Origin: the human T2T-CHM13v2.0 reference genome, Homo sapiens
Strand: one strand, 5' to 3'
NCBI RefSeq assembly: GCF_009914755.1
Contig: NC_060947.1
DNA length: 64,000 nucleotides
Shown here: positions 37,244-55,868 of the stretch, in pieces
Layout of the letters: each line of letters begins with the position of its first letter
How positions within the stretch are numbered: position 1 is the stretch's first letter
Made by a program: the position numbers and the translations under genes
Notes under the pieces: model-generated
Databases searched by the model: none
Told to the model about the DNA's origin: nothing
The model's input: only the letters and a program-made list of their open reading frames with translations

Positions 37244-37864
37244 CAAGAATTCTTATCTACCCATTTGCATGAGTAATCTTAGATGGAAAACAAGTCATCA
37301 ACGTTTTTGTCATAATAGCTTCTTTTTAGATACCTACAAACCCAACTGACTAAATCACCCCTTGAACCTGTCTTCCCTGGGAGTGTCAGTCACACACTTA
37401 CAAAATATGCAAGAAAACTTGTAGAGAGTTTGCTAATTTTTTTGTTTGGTTAGAAAGAACTAAAACTGATAGCCCTTTTAAATTATGCTTTAATAATTAT
37501 TTTCTTTAAGATAGCATCAATTTTTAGTAATTACCTAATTTTCTCTCTCTCTCTCTCTCTCTTTTTCCACCTTTCAGTGACTGCCTCTTATTTCCTGTTT
37601 ATTCTTTGCTGCTATTTCTCCATGTTGTTGCAAAACAATCAATAGCATGCAAAGAGGAAAAAAAGAGTGAATGAACATAAAAAATAAAAAGTGAAAGAAA
37701 GCAAGACATTTTAGAAACAAAGGCAAGAAACAATTCTAGAAAAGTAAAAACCTAATAAATATCGATGTCTATAAATTTCAAAGACAAAACCCTAAGAAAT
37801 GCTGCCACAGTGTGCTTTGTGAGGATTGGAATAAAGTGCAAGGAAAAGGAGCTGGGGAAGGTAT

Positions 37865-38235
37865 GTGACAAAAACATCATACCAGTCCTTTTGGGATGCA
37901 GCTAAAGCAGTGCTTAGAGGGAAATGTATAGATGAAAATGCCTACAATAGAGAAGAACTTTCTCAAGTCAGTATCTCAGCTTTCCGCCTTAAGAAACTAG
38001 AAAAAGAAGAACAAACTAAACCCAAAAGCAAGTAGAGAGAAGGGCATAATAAAGAACGAGCAGAAATCAATGAAATCAAAAGTTGGTTCTTTGGGAAGAT
38101 CAACAAAGTTCACAAACTTTTAATTGGGGGAGACCAAGAAAAAAATAAAAGAAGACTCAAATTACTAAACTCTGGAATGAAAGAGAGGACAACATGACCT
38201 ACCTACCTTGATAGGATTATAAGAGAAGGTATGTG
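37865..38235 (+). mobile_element. L1M ORF2 fragment
   Basis: TGGGATGCAGCTAAAGCAGTGCTTAGAGGGAAA ... AAAAGTTGGTTCTTTGGGAAGATCAACAAA. Confidence 0.85.
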
Positions 38236-38926
38236 AACATCTCATACCGCAGTCCTCTCCTGGGTGTTGTTTGGTATTTGGTTCCCCTGAGTAGGACACC
38301 GTTACTGATTTGAATGAGTGCATATAAGAGAGTCGAAATACTGTGGGGAAGGGCACTAAATTGTCCCTGGATGATCCCTGTCAATTATCATCTCCTCTGG
38401 AATTCCTCTTATTGGCACTGTCAACAGGCATTAAGGAGATGGAGAGGTGAGTGCCTTTGTTCTCCTCCTCAGGGTGCTTCCTGCTCCATCCTGCTTCCCT
38501 GACTTTACACTTCTTTGCGGCAGTGCCAGTGAACCTAGTAAGAATGCTTTCACAAACATTTAAGTTCTCCTTCCCTGTTTTAGGTCCTACATTTACTTTA
38601 AAACACACATACACAGTTTAAAACACACACACACACAGTTTAATGATTTTTAAAGGAAATTTACAGAGTTGTGCAACCATCACTATAGTCTAATTTTAAA
38701 ACATTTCCATCACCCCAGAAGCATTCCTTGTGTCCATTTCCTGCATTTGCTTTTATTTATGTGGGTTCTGTGTATTTCCTTTCTCTTCACCATCCCTTTC
38801 TCTGTCAGCTCCTTCTCTTTCACATTGAAAAACAAAAGGAGGGAGTGAATATTACAGATTGCTTACTACCAGCCAGACTCTCTGCTGAATGTTTTATATT
38901 TGTTATGTAATTTTTTTAGAAGTTTA

Positions 38927-40672
<1,746 letters not shown>

Positions 40673-40679
40673 AGTGTGT

Positions 40680-40958
40680 TTTTTCAATTGACATATTTGT
40701 ATACATTTACCAGGTACAATGTAATCTTTTGATATATGTATGCATTGTGGAATGATTATATCAAGCAATGAAAATATCCATCACCTCACATGCTTACCAT
40801 TTTTTTTTTTGTAGCGAGAAAATCTACTGTTACTCTTTTAGTAATTTTGAAATGTGCAATAGATTATTATCAACTATGGTCACCATGCTGTGCAATAAAT
40901 CTTGAAAACATATTCTTCCTAACTGAAACTTTGTACCTTTTGACCAACATCTCCCAGG
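40680..40958 (-). mobile_element. L1MA-like 3' end fragment
   Basis: TATCCATCACCTCACATGCTTACCATTTTTT ... AACTGAAACTTTGTACCTTTTGACCAACATCTCCC. Confidence 0.8.
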
Positions 40959-41430
40959 TGATCATTTTTGACTTGCAAATGTCCTATTCCATTTCAATGA
41001 AAGGGAAAGCAACACTAGTATCTTCAAAACTTGAAAAGCAAAGTGTCTGTGCATAAAAAAAGAAAGATCCTTTTATCCCCATATTTCAGTATTATAAAGT
41101 CATGTTGGATAAATGTGCTGAGAGAAATTTGCATTTTATTGCACACAAAAGAAAACTGGACACAATAATATAGGATATAAAATTAAGTCAAGAGTTGGCC
41201 TTTAACAATTGTTTGTAGCTTGTTATGTAGTTAAATCTTGATGTTATTTGGTCTTGTCCTTATACGTGCATTGACTTCATGAAAATCAAATTTATAATCA
41301 CTTGTATATAATTCAGTGTAATCCATTTAAGACAGTTCACATGGAGGGTCCATTGGAGATTTGGCCTTTCACCCACATTCCTCCACTGCACAAATAACTC
41401 TTCCCTGAATTGTTGGATGTGCCATTTTAG

Positions 41431-41549
41431 TGATCAAGGGAGGACCCCTGGAACACAACTACCGATTGAAGCAGTTCCATTTTCACTGGGGGGCCATCGA
41501 TGCCTGGGGTTCTGAGCACACCGTGGACAGCAAATGCTTCCCAGCAGAG
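41431..41549 (+). CDS. CA5B: CA5B exon 4 ([40 protein letters not shown]), with two zinc-binding His
   Basis: ATTTTAG|TG acceptor and GAG|GTATGT donor; 119 nt; QFHFHWG and GSEHT alpha-CA signatures. Confidence 0.98.
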
Positions 41550-42164
41550 GTATGTTGAGAAGGTCAGGAACAGTGACAACTGTAGAGAAGTGGGGATAAT
41601 TCTGAACTTTTAGTTGTAAGACATTATTAGAATCAGGTGATTCCTATAAATGCTAAATAGCTTTCTCAGGCAGTTTTGATCATTCTCAGCTAAGACATGT
41701 AAAAATGTTAACTTCTCTCATCTCAAATAATATAGTTGAAATGAACCTTAAGATCCTGAAACTGAATTCTTCTGGAATTCGAAAGTGGACTCAAATAGTA
41801 GCCCAAAGTAATAACCCAGGGAACATTGTGGAGCCACAGGTTGAATTAATGCAAGTTTGCGGTGGTGGGAGCCTAAATGAAGGCTGTGGCAATAGAAATA
41901 GAGAAAAAGGGCAAGATTTATCAAGCATTTCTGAAATTAAAGCAACAGGACTTGAAGGTAGGGTTCTCTTCAGGATAGGAGAAGGCAAAGTTAACCACGA
42001 CTTTGTGGTGTCTCACTTGGGAGGCTGGGTGATAATGCACTCATAACTGATGAATGAGGAATGATTTGTAGGGAAATAAAGGGAGATTTTAAGGAAATAG
42101 AATTTCTTCTTACAACTTTTTTCCTAATTCAATTGTAAATGTTATGTAAAAAAAGCCCATTTAA

Positions 42165-42799
<635 letters not shown>

Positions 42800-43234
42800 T
42801 AAATGGTTATTCCTTGAAGAAGAAATTTGTCTTTAACTCCTGCATAATTTCCATATGGAGGATCTATTTCTCTCAATATAAACATCTTCTCTCCTGTAGA
42901 TGCAAGTGGATTTCGAATATTGGTATTTCATTCAAATCAAGATGGGACTGGACAAATGTTGATTGCTCACTGAAGTGTCACTTTGTTATATGAATTTTCT
43001 ATTTTTCTCCCCAAATAAATCCCTTTATTCTAAAATAATATTAATTGCTGCTCTTGCCTAAATTTCTTCCTGATCTTTGTTTCTATCTCATTTTGGATTG
43101 TCATATGGTTTTCTTGGTGGCTTTACTTTGGGTGAGGAAACATGTTTAAATGTCATAGGTTGACTGAGGCTGTGGGTTTATTCTGGAGAGATTCTGTATA
43201 GTCACGTGTTAACCCTCTTTTCATGGTGTTTCAG

Positions 43235-43330
43235 CTGCACTTAGTGCATTGGAACGCAGTCAGATTTGAAAACTTTGAGGATGCAGCACTGGAAGAAAAT
43301 GGTTTGGCTGTGATAGGAGTATTTTTAAAG
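43235..43330 (+). CDS. CA5B: CA5B exon 5 ([32 protein letters not shown]), with the third zinc-binding His
   Basis: TTTCAG|CTG acceptor and AAG|GTAAAA donor; 96 nt. Confidence 0.98.
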
Positions 43331-43484
43331 GTAAAATATCTCACCAACTTTAAATGACGTGTTGTATTCTAGGATGAAAAGATAGAACAGTATAATATTG
43401 TTATTTACTTTAAGAATGTTGGGATCCATACATTGGTAAGATAAATAGTGCTTGAAGTACAGGATTGTTAAGAATATATTTTAG

Positions 43485-43930
43485 GGCCAGGCATGGTGGC
43501 TCACGCCTGTAATCCCAGCACTTTGGGAGGCCGAGGCAGGCAGATCACTTGAGGTCAGGAGTTCGAGACCAGCCTGGCTTCCATGGGGAAACCCTGTTTC
43601 TACTAAAAATACAAAAATTAGCCAGGCATAGTGGTGCGCACCTGTAATCCTAGCTACTCGGGAGGCTGAGGCAGGAGGATCGCTTGCTTGAGCCTGGGAG
43701 GTGGAGGCTGCAGTAAGCCAAGATTGTGCCACTGCACTCCAGCCTGGGCAACAGAGCGAGACTCCATCCCCCCCACCACCAAAAAAATATATATATTTTA
43801 AATGATATAAAAATGCACAGCCCAATAGAGTGGTCACAAGCCACATGTGGCAATTGAGCACTTGAAATGTGTCTACTGCAGTTCTGGAACCATTTTTCAT
43901 TTTATTTAATTTTAATTTCAATTTAAGAAC
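43485..43930. mobile_element. Alu plus (43485-43790) followed by a MER58-like fragment
   Basis: Alu consensus, then AGCCACATGTGGCAATTGAGCACTTGAAATGTG. Confidence 0.85.
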
Positions 43931-44178
43931 TTAAATGAAGCAGGGGGCACCTTTCACTGCAGGCATGCTGACCTTGTCAGCAAACAGCCTGCTGATTTGT
44001 TCTCTAATTTAATTCAGTAATGTTTATAAAATTATAAATTACAAGTTTAAGTGTAATTTCAGTCATGCAGTTTGTTTTTATGTAATCACCAGGTAGTTAA
44101 TTTTAATTCACATTCTGTTACAGTTTCTACAGTGAGATGTCCATTGTTTGTAATATTTTCTTACTTGTTGTTCTTTAG

Positions 44179-44241
44179 CTAGGCAAACATCATAAGGAGC
44201 TACAGAAATTAGTGGATACTTTGCCGTCAATTAAGCATAAG
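44179..44241 (+). CDS. CA5B: CA5B exon 6 (LGKHHKELQKLVDTLPSIKHK)
   Basis: TTCTTTAG|CTA acceptor and AAG|GTACTA donor; 63 nt; keeps the frame. Confidence 0.96.
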
Positions 44242-44706
44242 GTACTATTTGTTTTCCTTAATTACTTGAAATATACTTTTATGTTTCAATCTCAGAGCGG
44301 AGACATTACCAAGGCACTTTGAATTGGGAAGTTTAATTAGGTGAACTGTATTCAGCCTTAGAAGAAAACTTGGCATTTATGATTCCAGGGGACAGAAGTC
44401 ATCATTCTGTGGGTAGGCAGTGAGCTTTCTGGTTTTGCTGCAGTGCCGCTGAGGACTTGGGGACTCAGGAACATATTGCTGTCCCCTCCTCTGTTCCTGA
44501 CACCGGCTCCTTCTAAGTCCTTGTGAACACACCCAGAGCAGCCTTCTGTTCTGTAGCTGCCATCCCACAGGCAGGGAGCAGAGCGCAGTTCTACAGAAAC
44601 TTGCCTTGTCCAGCTAGAAAGAACAGTAATCCACATCCTTCAGGTCGGATGCCTTTGTCCAGTCCCCCAATATTAATTCTTCAATATTCAGAATCTCAAA
44701 GGGCTG

Positions 44707-44870
44707 CTCTCTGGAGGCCCATATATTCTCTTCTTCTCCCTCTCATCCCCCACTGTATCCCTCTGGTCCCCACCTCTTTCCCTCTCCTTTCCTCTCTGGA
44801 AGCCCGTATATTATCTCCCCCCATCCCCCACTCTGACCTTCTGGTCCCTACCTCTTTCCCTCTCCTCTCA
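44707..44870. repeat. Imperfect pyrimidine-rich tandem duplication, unit about 80-85 bp
   Basis: CTCTCTGGA(G/A)GCCC(A/G)TATATT ... CTGGTCCC(C/T)ACCTCTTTCCCTCTCCT occurs twice. Confidence 0.8.
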
Positions 44871-44989
44871 TCTCCATTTTCCTGTTTTTCCCTCTCTTTC
44901 CTTTTAGTTCAGGTTTCTGGCTCCTCCTGAGCTGCATTTCTTCTTAAAAGGACAATTCTCAGTTAGCCTCTCGAAAATGCAAAGCCTCC

Positions 44990-45361
<372 letters not shown>

Positions 45362-45646
45362 TCAGAGGAGACTACCTGCTGGAACCTCACTAGAATTGAG
45401 AGATCAAGTGGTTTTGGCCGTTTTCCCACAGGGGAATATAAAAAATGCACAGTTAATTCCAGAAACAAAGCCAGGCATGATACCATCCTAAGCAGCGATT
45501 CTTCAGGTAGCTGCCCAGAAAGGCCTGGAGCTGCTCTGGACCACTGCTGATCTCCAGATACTCCCTGAGAACCATCACCTCGGCGTCCAATTCCTGAGTG
45601 GTTTTCACTACTAAATAATGACTCAGTTATCTCTTCTCTTGGCCAG

Positions 45647-45802
45647 GACGCCCTTGTGGAATTTGGGTCATTTGACCCTTCCTGCCTGATGCCTACCTGC
45701 CCAGATTACTGGACCTACTCAGGGTCTCTGACTACCCCACCCCTCTCCGAGTCTGTCACCTGGATCATTAAGAAGCAACCAGTAGAGGTTGATCATGATC
45801 AG
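45647..45802 (+). CDS. CA5B: CA5B exon 7 ([52 protein letters not shown])
   Basis: CTTGGCCAG|GAC acceptor and CAG|GTATGT donor; 156 nt; YSGSLTTPP active-site motif. Confidence 0.98.
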
Positions 45803-47454
45803 GTATGTTCTCTCCATAATTTCAATCTAAGGAAATCCTTGTCTGCCCATGTAAAACAAGGCTGGGCTCAGACTGTGGCATCAGTTTTAACATCTTGTAA
45901 TGCTTATACATTTTTATTGAAGTGTACCAACGTCTTGTCTCAGTTTGGACATGAATTTGGGGATGTTTCAAATTAACTAGAGAGAAGAGTTAAAACACAG
46001 AAGAACATAAGTTTTTTACATTTATATTTGACAATTACATATGTCTTCTTATGCCTTGTGTATTTTATATATAAATATTAAACTCTATACAAAATCAAGA
46101 CCCTTTTAAAGGGAAGAGTGAAGGCTGGAAATGAATGTGTTCAAAACTGTTTAAAATCCTTAAGGGAATTCTGCTATGGAATCTCAGGATAAATACAGAA
46201 TTCAACAATGTTTGTCCAGAAACTTTAATGTAAGTCCATTTTTTGAATTTGGGATCTATTTTTCCCTTAGAAACTAAGTCTAAGTAGTATTTACTATGCA
46301 AACACTCAAAATCCTGTATAATGTATAATATAAACTACAATAATATTTACTCATACTTGTTTTATGGGATTTTTATTGATTATAAAGCATTTTCATAAGA
46401 AAAAAAGCTTCCAAATTCTTTTTATGAAGCCAGCATAACTGATACCAACACTCACCAAAGATTGGACCCCCCTCTGAAGAATATAAAAGAAAAAAAAGCT
46501 AAAAAGAAAATATTAGAAACAGAATCCAGCAGTACATCAGAAGAAATATACACTTTGTCCAAGTAGCTTTTACTCCAGTAATACAAGTATGGTTCATGTT
46601 AAGAATGATATTAATGTAATTCATTCTATCAGTGGATCTAAATAGAAAAATCATATTATCATTTCCAGGGAAGTTAAAAAGACATTTGTAAAAATCACCA
46701 TTCAGTTTTTGAAAATTTTTAATAAAACAGAGCTGAATAGAGACTTCCCTATCTTGATAAAAGAGATTGATCTCAGTTCAAAAGCAAATAGTAGGTTTTG
46801 AATGGAAAGGATTGTTACCGTATTAAGTTTTATATTAAATTACATTCTGGAAGTAGCCAGTACAGTTAGACTGGAAAATAAAAAATAAATTAGAGAAACA
46901 ATAAAAAACGACTACAAAAATCAGAGATAATTTGGTAATCAGTGGAATACAATATCAATTTCTAGAAATCAATACATTTGACATATATAAATCACAATCA
47001 GCTAAAAGATATGATATAAAGATATAATGTAAGAAAGGCTCCTATTTATAATGGAAACAAAAATATAAAATACTTCGGAATAATTTTAACAAGGAAAGCT
47101 AATAAGAAAACTTAAAATGTTCCTGGAGGATACAAAAGAAGGCTTGAATTAATAAAGTTAACACATTATAGGATCAAAAGACATAAAAACACCTTTTTTT
47201 GTCATAAATGACAACCTAAGTTGTCATTCTCCATGAATTATTTATTCACCATAAATTTATGTATTCCCAATAAATATGCCAATAGGATTTTTAAATTGAT
47301 ATGCTATTTCTAAACTCATGAATAAAGACAAACACATAAATAGCCAGGGAAAATTCTAGAAAAATACGGGATAATTAGACTCACAAAGTTATAAAGCCTC
47401 AATAATTAAATAGCGTGTTCCTGGCACATGGATAAAGAGATCAATCAAGGGAAG

Positions 47455-48415
47455 TATATTAGCGTTCTCCAGAGAAACAGAACCAATAGGATATATATTG
47501 TATTAGTCCATTTTCACACTCCTATAAAGAACTACCTGAAACTGGGTAATTTATGAAGAAAGGAGGTTTAATTGACTCATAGTTCCACAGGCTTAACAGG
47601 AAGCATGACTGGGAGGCCTCAGGAAACTTAAAATCATGGCAGAAGGCAAAAGGGAAGCAAGGACCTTCTTCACATGGTGGCAGAAGAGAGAGAGAGAGAT
47701 GGGGGAAGTGCCACACACTTTTAAACCGTCAGATCTCATGAGAACTCTTTCACTATCACGAGAACAGTAAGGAGGAAATCCACCCTCATGATCCCCTCCC
47801 CTGACACAGGGGGATTACAATTCGACGTGAGATTTGGGTAGGGACACAGGGCCAAACCACACCAGATATAGATAAAGATAAAAAAAATTAAGAAAGACAA
47901 AGTTAGATAAATAACCCTATAAAGGTTAAATAACCTTAACTCTATAACCCTATAAAGATAAATAAAGAAAAAGATAGATAAAGTTGTATCATAAGGTATT
48001 GGCTATGTGATTATGGAGACTAAGAAGTCTTACAATCTGCCATCTGCAAGCTGGAGACCCAGGAAAGACAGTGGTGTAGTTCAAAGGCCTGAGAGCTGGA
48101 GAGCTGATAATGTAGATTTCTATCTTGGTCTGAAAGCCTGAGAACCAGGAGCTCCGAAGAAAGGAGACGATTGATGTTCCAGCTCAAGCAATCAGAGCAA
48201 ATTCAGCCTTCCTCTGCCTTTTTGTTCTATTCAGACCCTCAGTTTATTGGATGACTCCCATCTACTTTAGGGAGGGCCATTCACTTTACTCAGTCTACCA
48301 ATTTAAATCCTAATCTCCTCCAGAAACACCTTCATAGACATACATAGACACAGTATTTAACCTGTCTGTGCATCCCATGACCCAATCAAGTTGACACATA
48401 AAATTAACCATCACA
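47455..48415 (-). mobile_element. Solo MLT2 LTR (ERVL) hosting a THE1/MST LTR
   Basis: GTTCTCCAGAGAAACAGAACCAATAGG ... AAAATTAACCATCACA; 5-bp TSD GGAAG at 47450-47454 and 48416-48420. Confidence 0.85.
47499..47864 (-). mobile_element. MaLR LTR (THE1D/MSTA-like)
   Basis: TGTATTAGTCCATTTTCACACT ... GGGACACAGGGCCAAACCACACCA; near-TSD TATAT/GATAT. Confidence 0.85.
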
Positions 48416-49199
48416 GGAAGAAAATAATAATTTCAGAAATATATCCAAATACATATGAGAATTTATTTTATGATAAATATAGCATCTCAACTCAGTAGGC
48501 AGGAAAGATAGAGTATTCAGTATTTGGTAAATGCTGTTGAGGAATAATTGAGCAGGCATTTGGGGGAAAAAAATTGGATCCATCATTCAGACCTTACACA
48601 GGAATACATTCCAGATATATTACATGTAAAAACTACCACCATGAAAGTACTAGGATAAGCATAGGAAAATCCTTTTATGCCTGCAAATGTATAGGCTTTG
48701 TGGCCTATACATTTAGTCTGTTTCTATTCTTTGGATTAAAAAATTGACACATTTCCTTGACTTATATTCCTTCTAGAAAAACAAATGGACATAACATTGA
48801 AAAACAAATAAAGCAAATACATCAGAGGGTCAGTGGCCCATGTGAGGACTTTGTAAATACGATTTCAACAAAATTTTAAAATTTATTTTTCAATTATATA
48901 ATTTAAAATTTTATTTTCTGGTCTAACTGTACTGGCTACTTCTAGAATGTAATTTAATATAAAACTTACGGTAACACTGAAAATTTAGTAAGGAAAACAG
49001 TGCTACCTGTCATCTATAATATTATCCTAGTTGCCTATAATTTTACCACTATCATTGTTTGGGGAAATCCTTCTGGTCTCTTGTCTGTCCAGATGCACAT
49101 AAGTCCTTATGGTCTTTTATCTATATAAATATACACAATTTTTGTATGAAAATGGAATCATTCTGTACATACCATTTTGCTGCTCTTTTCACTCAGTGA

Positions 49200-50213
<1,014 letters not shown>

Positions 50214-50325
50214 TAAAGTATTTCATAACACAATTGGGTCTGAAACCAAGGGGCTACTGGTTGATACTGCAGCCACATCAGAGAACAAGCCGTTGATATT
50301 CTGGGTTGCTCCTTTTGCATTGAGT

Positions 50326-50525
50326 TGTATTGTCTAATATTGTAACCACTGGACACATGTAACCATTTACATTTAAATATAAATACATTAAAAATAAAAT
50401 TCAGTTCCTCAGTTACACTGGCCACATTTCAAGTGCCCAGTAGCCACATGTGGCTTGTGACTACCGTAATGGACCGTGCAGAGGACATTTCCGTCATTGC
50501 AGAAAGTTCTATTGGACAGCACCAG
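50326..50525. mobile_element. MER58A-like (hAT-Charlie)
   Basis: GCCACATTTCAAGTGCCCAGTAGCCACATGTGGC ... GCAGAAAGTTCTATTGGACAGC. Confidence 0.75.
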
Positions 50526-50563
50526 CATAGAGCATCCTGTCTCCAGTTAAGACACCTACATGC

Positions 50564-50895
50564 AGCCTGGTGTGGTAGCTCACACCTGTAATCCCAGCAC
50601 TTTGGGAGACCTAGCTGGGAGGATCACTTGAGGCCAGGAGTTCAAGACCAGCCTGGGCTGAACATAGCAAGACCCTGTCTCTACAAAAAATTAAAAAATT
50701 AGCTGGGTGTGGCAGCATGTGCCTATAATCCCAGCTACTTGGGAGGCTGAGGTGGGAGATCACCTGAGTCCCAGAGGTTGAGCCTGCAGTGAATCATGAT
50801 CACACCACTGCATTCTAACCTGGGTGGGTGACAGAGTAAGACTTTGTCTTTAAAAAAACAAAAAAAAAAAGAAAGAAAGAAAAGGAAAAAAAAAA
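50564..50895 (+). mobile_element. Alu (AluJ-like)
   Basis: Diverged full dimer with tail. Confidence 0.9.
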
Positions 50896-51416
50896 GACGT
50901 TTATATTCATTGCTTTGCCCACAATACCCAGGTGCAGTGAGCAATCAATAATACTTATTTTATGTTCATGATTCAGTTAAATTGTTTTATAAACCCACTT
51001 TTTTTGGTGTTGTTAGTATATGCATCAGGGCTTTCCTTTCTCATTCTGTAAGCTGGCTGTTTTGCTCATTTAAAGAGGAAGTTCTTGAGAATGAAAGAGA
51101 TGAATTAACTCATCCTTGGTAAATGGATAATATGTGGGGACAGGGCCTTTGCCCCAAGTCTTTGGATCCCAAGTGCCCTCCTGGTTTCACCACCTCTTGC
51201 TGCTCTCCTCCCCACAGGACCACCATCAGGATCACCACCACCACTGGGCATTTTATTCCCTGTCAAGTGGTGAAGGCGTTCTTACCCAGAAATAACTTCT
51301 CCTTCTGTATCTAATTTGCAACGAATGCTCAGAATTGTAAAAATGAAAGTAATTTATTCACGAGGTAAAGCGAGTTTTCTGTTGAAATTATTTATGCTTT
51401 CTGTTTCTATTTCTAG

Positions 51417-51596
51417 CTTGAGCAATTTCGGACCCTGCTTTTCACTTCCGAAGGGGAGAAAGAGAAAAGAATGGTGGACAACTTCCGCCCCCTTCAGCCA
51501 CTGATGAATCGCACTGTTCGTTCATCCTTCCGGCATGATTATGTGCTGAATGTACAAGCGAAACCCAAGCCGGCCACCAGCCAAGCAACCCCCTAA
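51417..51596 (+). CDS. CA5B: CA5B last coding exon ([59 protein letters not shown])
   Basis: TTTCTAG|CTT acceptor; DNFRPLQP motif; TAA at 51594-51596; total CDS 142+198+119+96+63+156+180 = 954 nt. Confidence 0.98.
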   Translation, partial: LEQFRTLLFTSEGEKEKRMVDNFRPLQPLMNRTVRSSFRHDYVLNVQAKPKPATSQATP

Positions 51597-51808
51597 AACA
51601 TTCATATCTAGGCAGTATTTTGCTTTTGCTTTAATATATACTAGCTTACTATAAATTGTTAACTAGACTATTCTAAGTGCCTGCATTTGATAATATTTAC
51701 AGATGTGCATTTCTTAGCATGAGAGTGCTTCATCAGTCTTTGAGGAAGGCTATTCGGTACCAGCAAGAGACACAAGTTTCTCTTACAGATACCTGTTGGT
51801 AATTGTAA

Positions 51809-53119
<1,311 letters not shown>

Positions 53120-53569
53120 TTCCAGAAATATTTTTCAAAGGACTAGTAATCTAATAGCCTATAGTTTATATTATTATTTTGTATTATTTGCACGCTGTTA
53201 CATAGTATATAATGATAATGTTTTCTACAGTGAAAGAGCTATCCCGTCTTCCCTTTACAACTGTCTGAACTTTATTTACTCATTAGTCAAGGTTCTTTGC
53301 AAGGCAGGTGATTAACTTAAATATCTCAGTTTATACAGTGGTTTAAAAGACTTTTGTTATGGTAATAGGGAGAGAAACTTGTCAGATAGGCTAAAATCTA
53401 GATAATTCTACATATTCTGAGGAATTCATGCTCCTGTGGCTCTTGCTTATAAATATCTTGGAATGTTTCTGAATGCCTCTAAGCCTATGTTCAGACTCTG
53501 TTGCGTCAATGACTGGTAGTATTTCTTTCATTAATATGTTTGTCATCTGGTCTGCAAGATAGGGTTGGA

Positions 53570-54565
53570 TGAATATACTTAACACTACTGAACTGTACAC
53601 TTAAAGATCGTTAGGAAGGAAACGGGACTACATCAAACTTAAAAATGTCTGTGTGTCAAAGGAAGCAATCAACAAAGTGAAAACGCAAGCTCTAGAATGA
53701 GAGAAAATAATTGCAAATCGTCTATCTTATAAGGAGCCCAAATCCAGAATATATGAGGAACTTCTACAACTCAACAACAAAAAACCAAATAACTCAATTT
53801 TTAAAAATGGGCAAAGGACTTGCACAGACATTTCTCCAAAGAAGTTATACAATTGGCCAATAAGAACATGAAAATATGCTCAACATTGCCAATTATTAGG
53901 GAAATGCAAATCAAAACCACAATGAGATATCGTCTCACGCCCATCATGATGGCCACTATCAGAAGAACAAAAAAATAACAAGTATTGGGGAGGATGCAGA
54001 GAAGTTGAAACCCTTGTGCACTGTTGGTGGTAATGTAAAACGGTGCAGTCATTACGGAAAACAGTACACAGGTTTCCCAAATAACTGAAAACAGAATTAC
54101 CATAAGAATTACCACCAAAGCGGGATCTCAAAGAGATATTTGTACACCCATGTTCATAGCAGCATTATTCACAATAGCCAAGAGGTTCTGGAAGCATCCC
54201 AAATGTCCATCAACAGATGAATAGATAAAGGAAATGTGGTATATACAGTCAATGGAATATTATTCAGCCTTTAAAAAGAAGGAAATCCTGTCAAATGTAC
54301 AATGTGGATGAACCTTGAAGGCATTATGCCAAGTGAAATAAGCCAGCCAACAAAAGAACAAATGCTATATGATTCCTCCATGTGAAGTATGCAAAGTAGT
54401 CAAAATCATACAATAGAAAGTAGAAAGGTGGTTGCCAAGCAACGGTTGGGGGAAGGGGAGAGGGTGAATTTGTATTTAGTGGGTACAGAGCTTGTGTTGC
54501 AAGAATTCTAGAGATCTGTTGCAAAACAAGTGTGATTGTACTTAACACTACTGAACTGTATACGT
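53570..54565 (+). mobile_element. L1MA/L1MB-like ORF2 C-terminus and 3' UTR
   Basis: GAAATGCAAATCAAAACCACAATGAGATA and ATGTTCATAGCAGCATTATTCACAATAGCCAA motifs. Confidence 0.9.
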
Positions 54566-54781
54566 ATAAGTTTGAGAAATATCTCTTTTAAAAAGGGGGA
54601 AATGTGAAGGCTTTTGCATGTATGCCCTAGGAAATGCATAGAATTCTTAGAAAGGTAAACATGGTAAAAAAAGAAGTCTTTGTTAACTTTCTGCAGTTCA
54701 CCTGTTTCAAAGTATAGTTACCTTTAAAAGGGTAAACACACAAGATATGCATTTTCCAAAGCATACAGGCTTTCCTCCTAG

Positions 54782-55097
<316 letters not shown>

Positions 55098-55868
55098 TTC
55101 CTAGCTGTCTTGTGAAACGATAAGTCAAAACCCTACTGCAGTGAGTTTTCCAAACTGAAGGGAGAAGCAATGTACAGAATGCCTGACTTGCCCTTACATC
55201 TTATACCTGGTGTTCTGGCATGATTATTAACCACACTCTTTTTCACTTTGAACCATGTCCTGGTTTGCATGGCCAGCTTCCCTGCAGAGGTGATAGAAAC
55301 TGACTTGAGGCAGTTTCTTTCTCCATGCCTTAGTTAGATGACCCTCAAAGGGGCACAGCAGATTTCCCTGGCTACTGATACACCTTAACAAGAAGCTTGT
55401 GTTTTTTATGCCCTCAAAAGTGTTTTACTTATACTTTCCTAGACATAAAGGTGGAAAATGGGCCTAAGGTCTGTCAAAGGTCTTGGAAAAGAAGATTGTA
55501 TTAAAATTGCTGTCCGTCTTCATTAAATAATACTAGATCGATACAATGCTTTCTTTACAGTATTAGTGGTTGGTGAAAGACTTCCTTCCTATTGTTACAG
55601 TATATGTATATATCTGTAAAATTAATGAGATATCCTTTAACTTGTAGATTAGAAAGCGACTAAAAACTCATAGGGGATTTACTAAAGAAGCAACAATGGG
55701 AAGAAGCAGCCGATCCTCCTCAGTGCACCTTTTTCTGTTGCACAGTACAGTGCACAGTGTGCTGGCATCACCATATAGGGCAAGCTGTGACCGCCTTTCT
55801 CCTTTCCCAGGGCTACATGGTGCCAAGCAGGTTCAGTGTACACTGGTTACCAACCTGTCTGATTCCAT

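Larger units (their letters stand above)
46390..48700 (+). mobile_element. Highly diverged L1M ORF2 remnant interrupted by LTRs
   Basis: A-rich strand bias; L1 motifs CCAAATTCTTTTTATGAAGCCAGCATAAC, AGAATCCAGCAGTACATC, AAAAATTGGATCC. Confidence 0.7.

Noticed and set aside
53801-54131. Hydrophobic minus-strand ORFs ([13 protein letters not shown])
   Set aside because: Typical antisense reading of L1 ORF2
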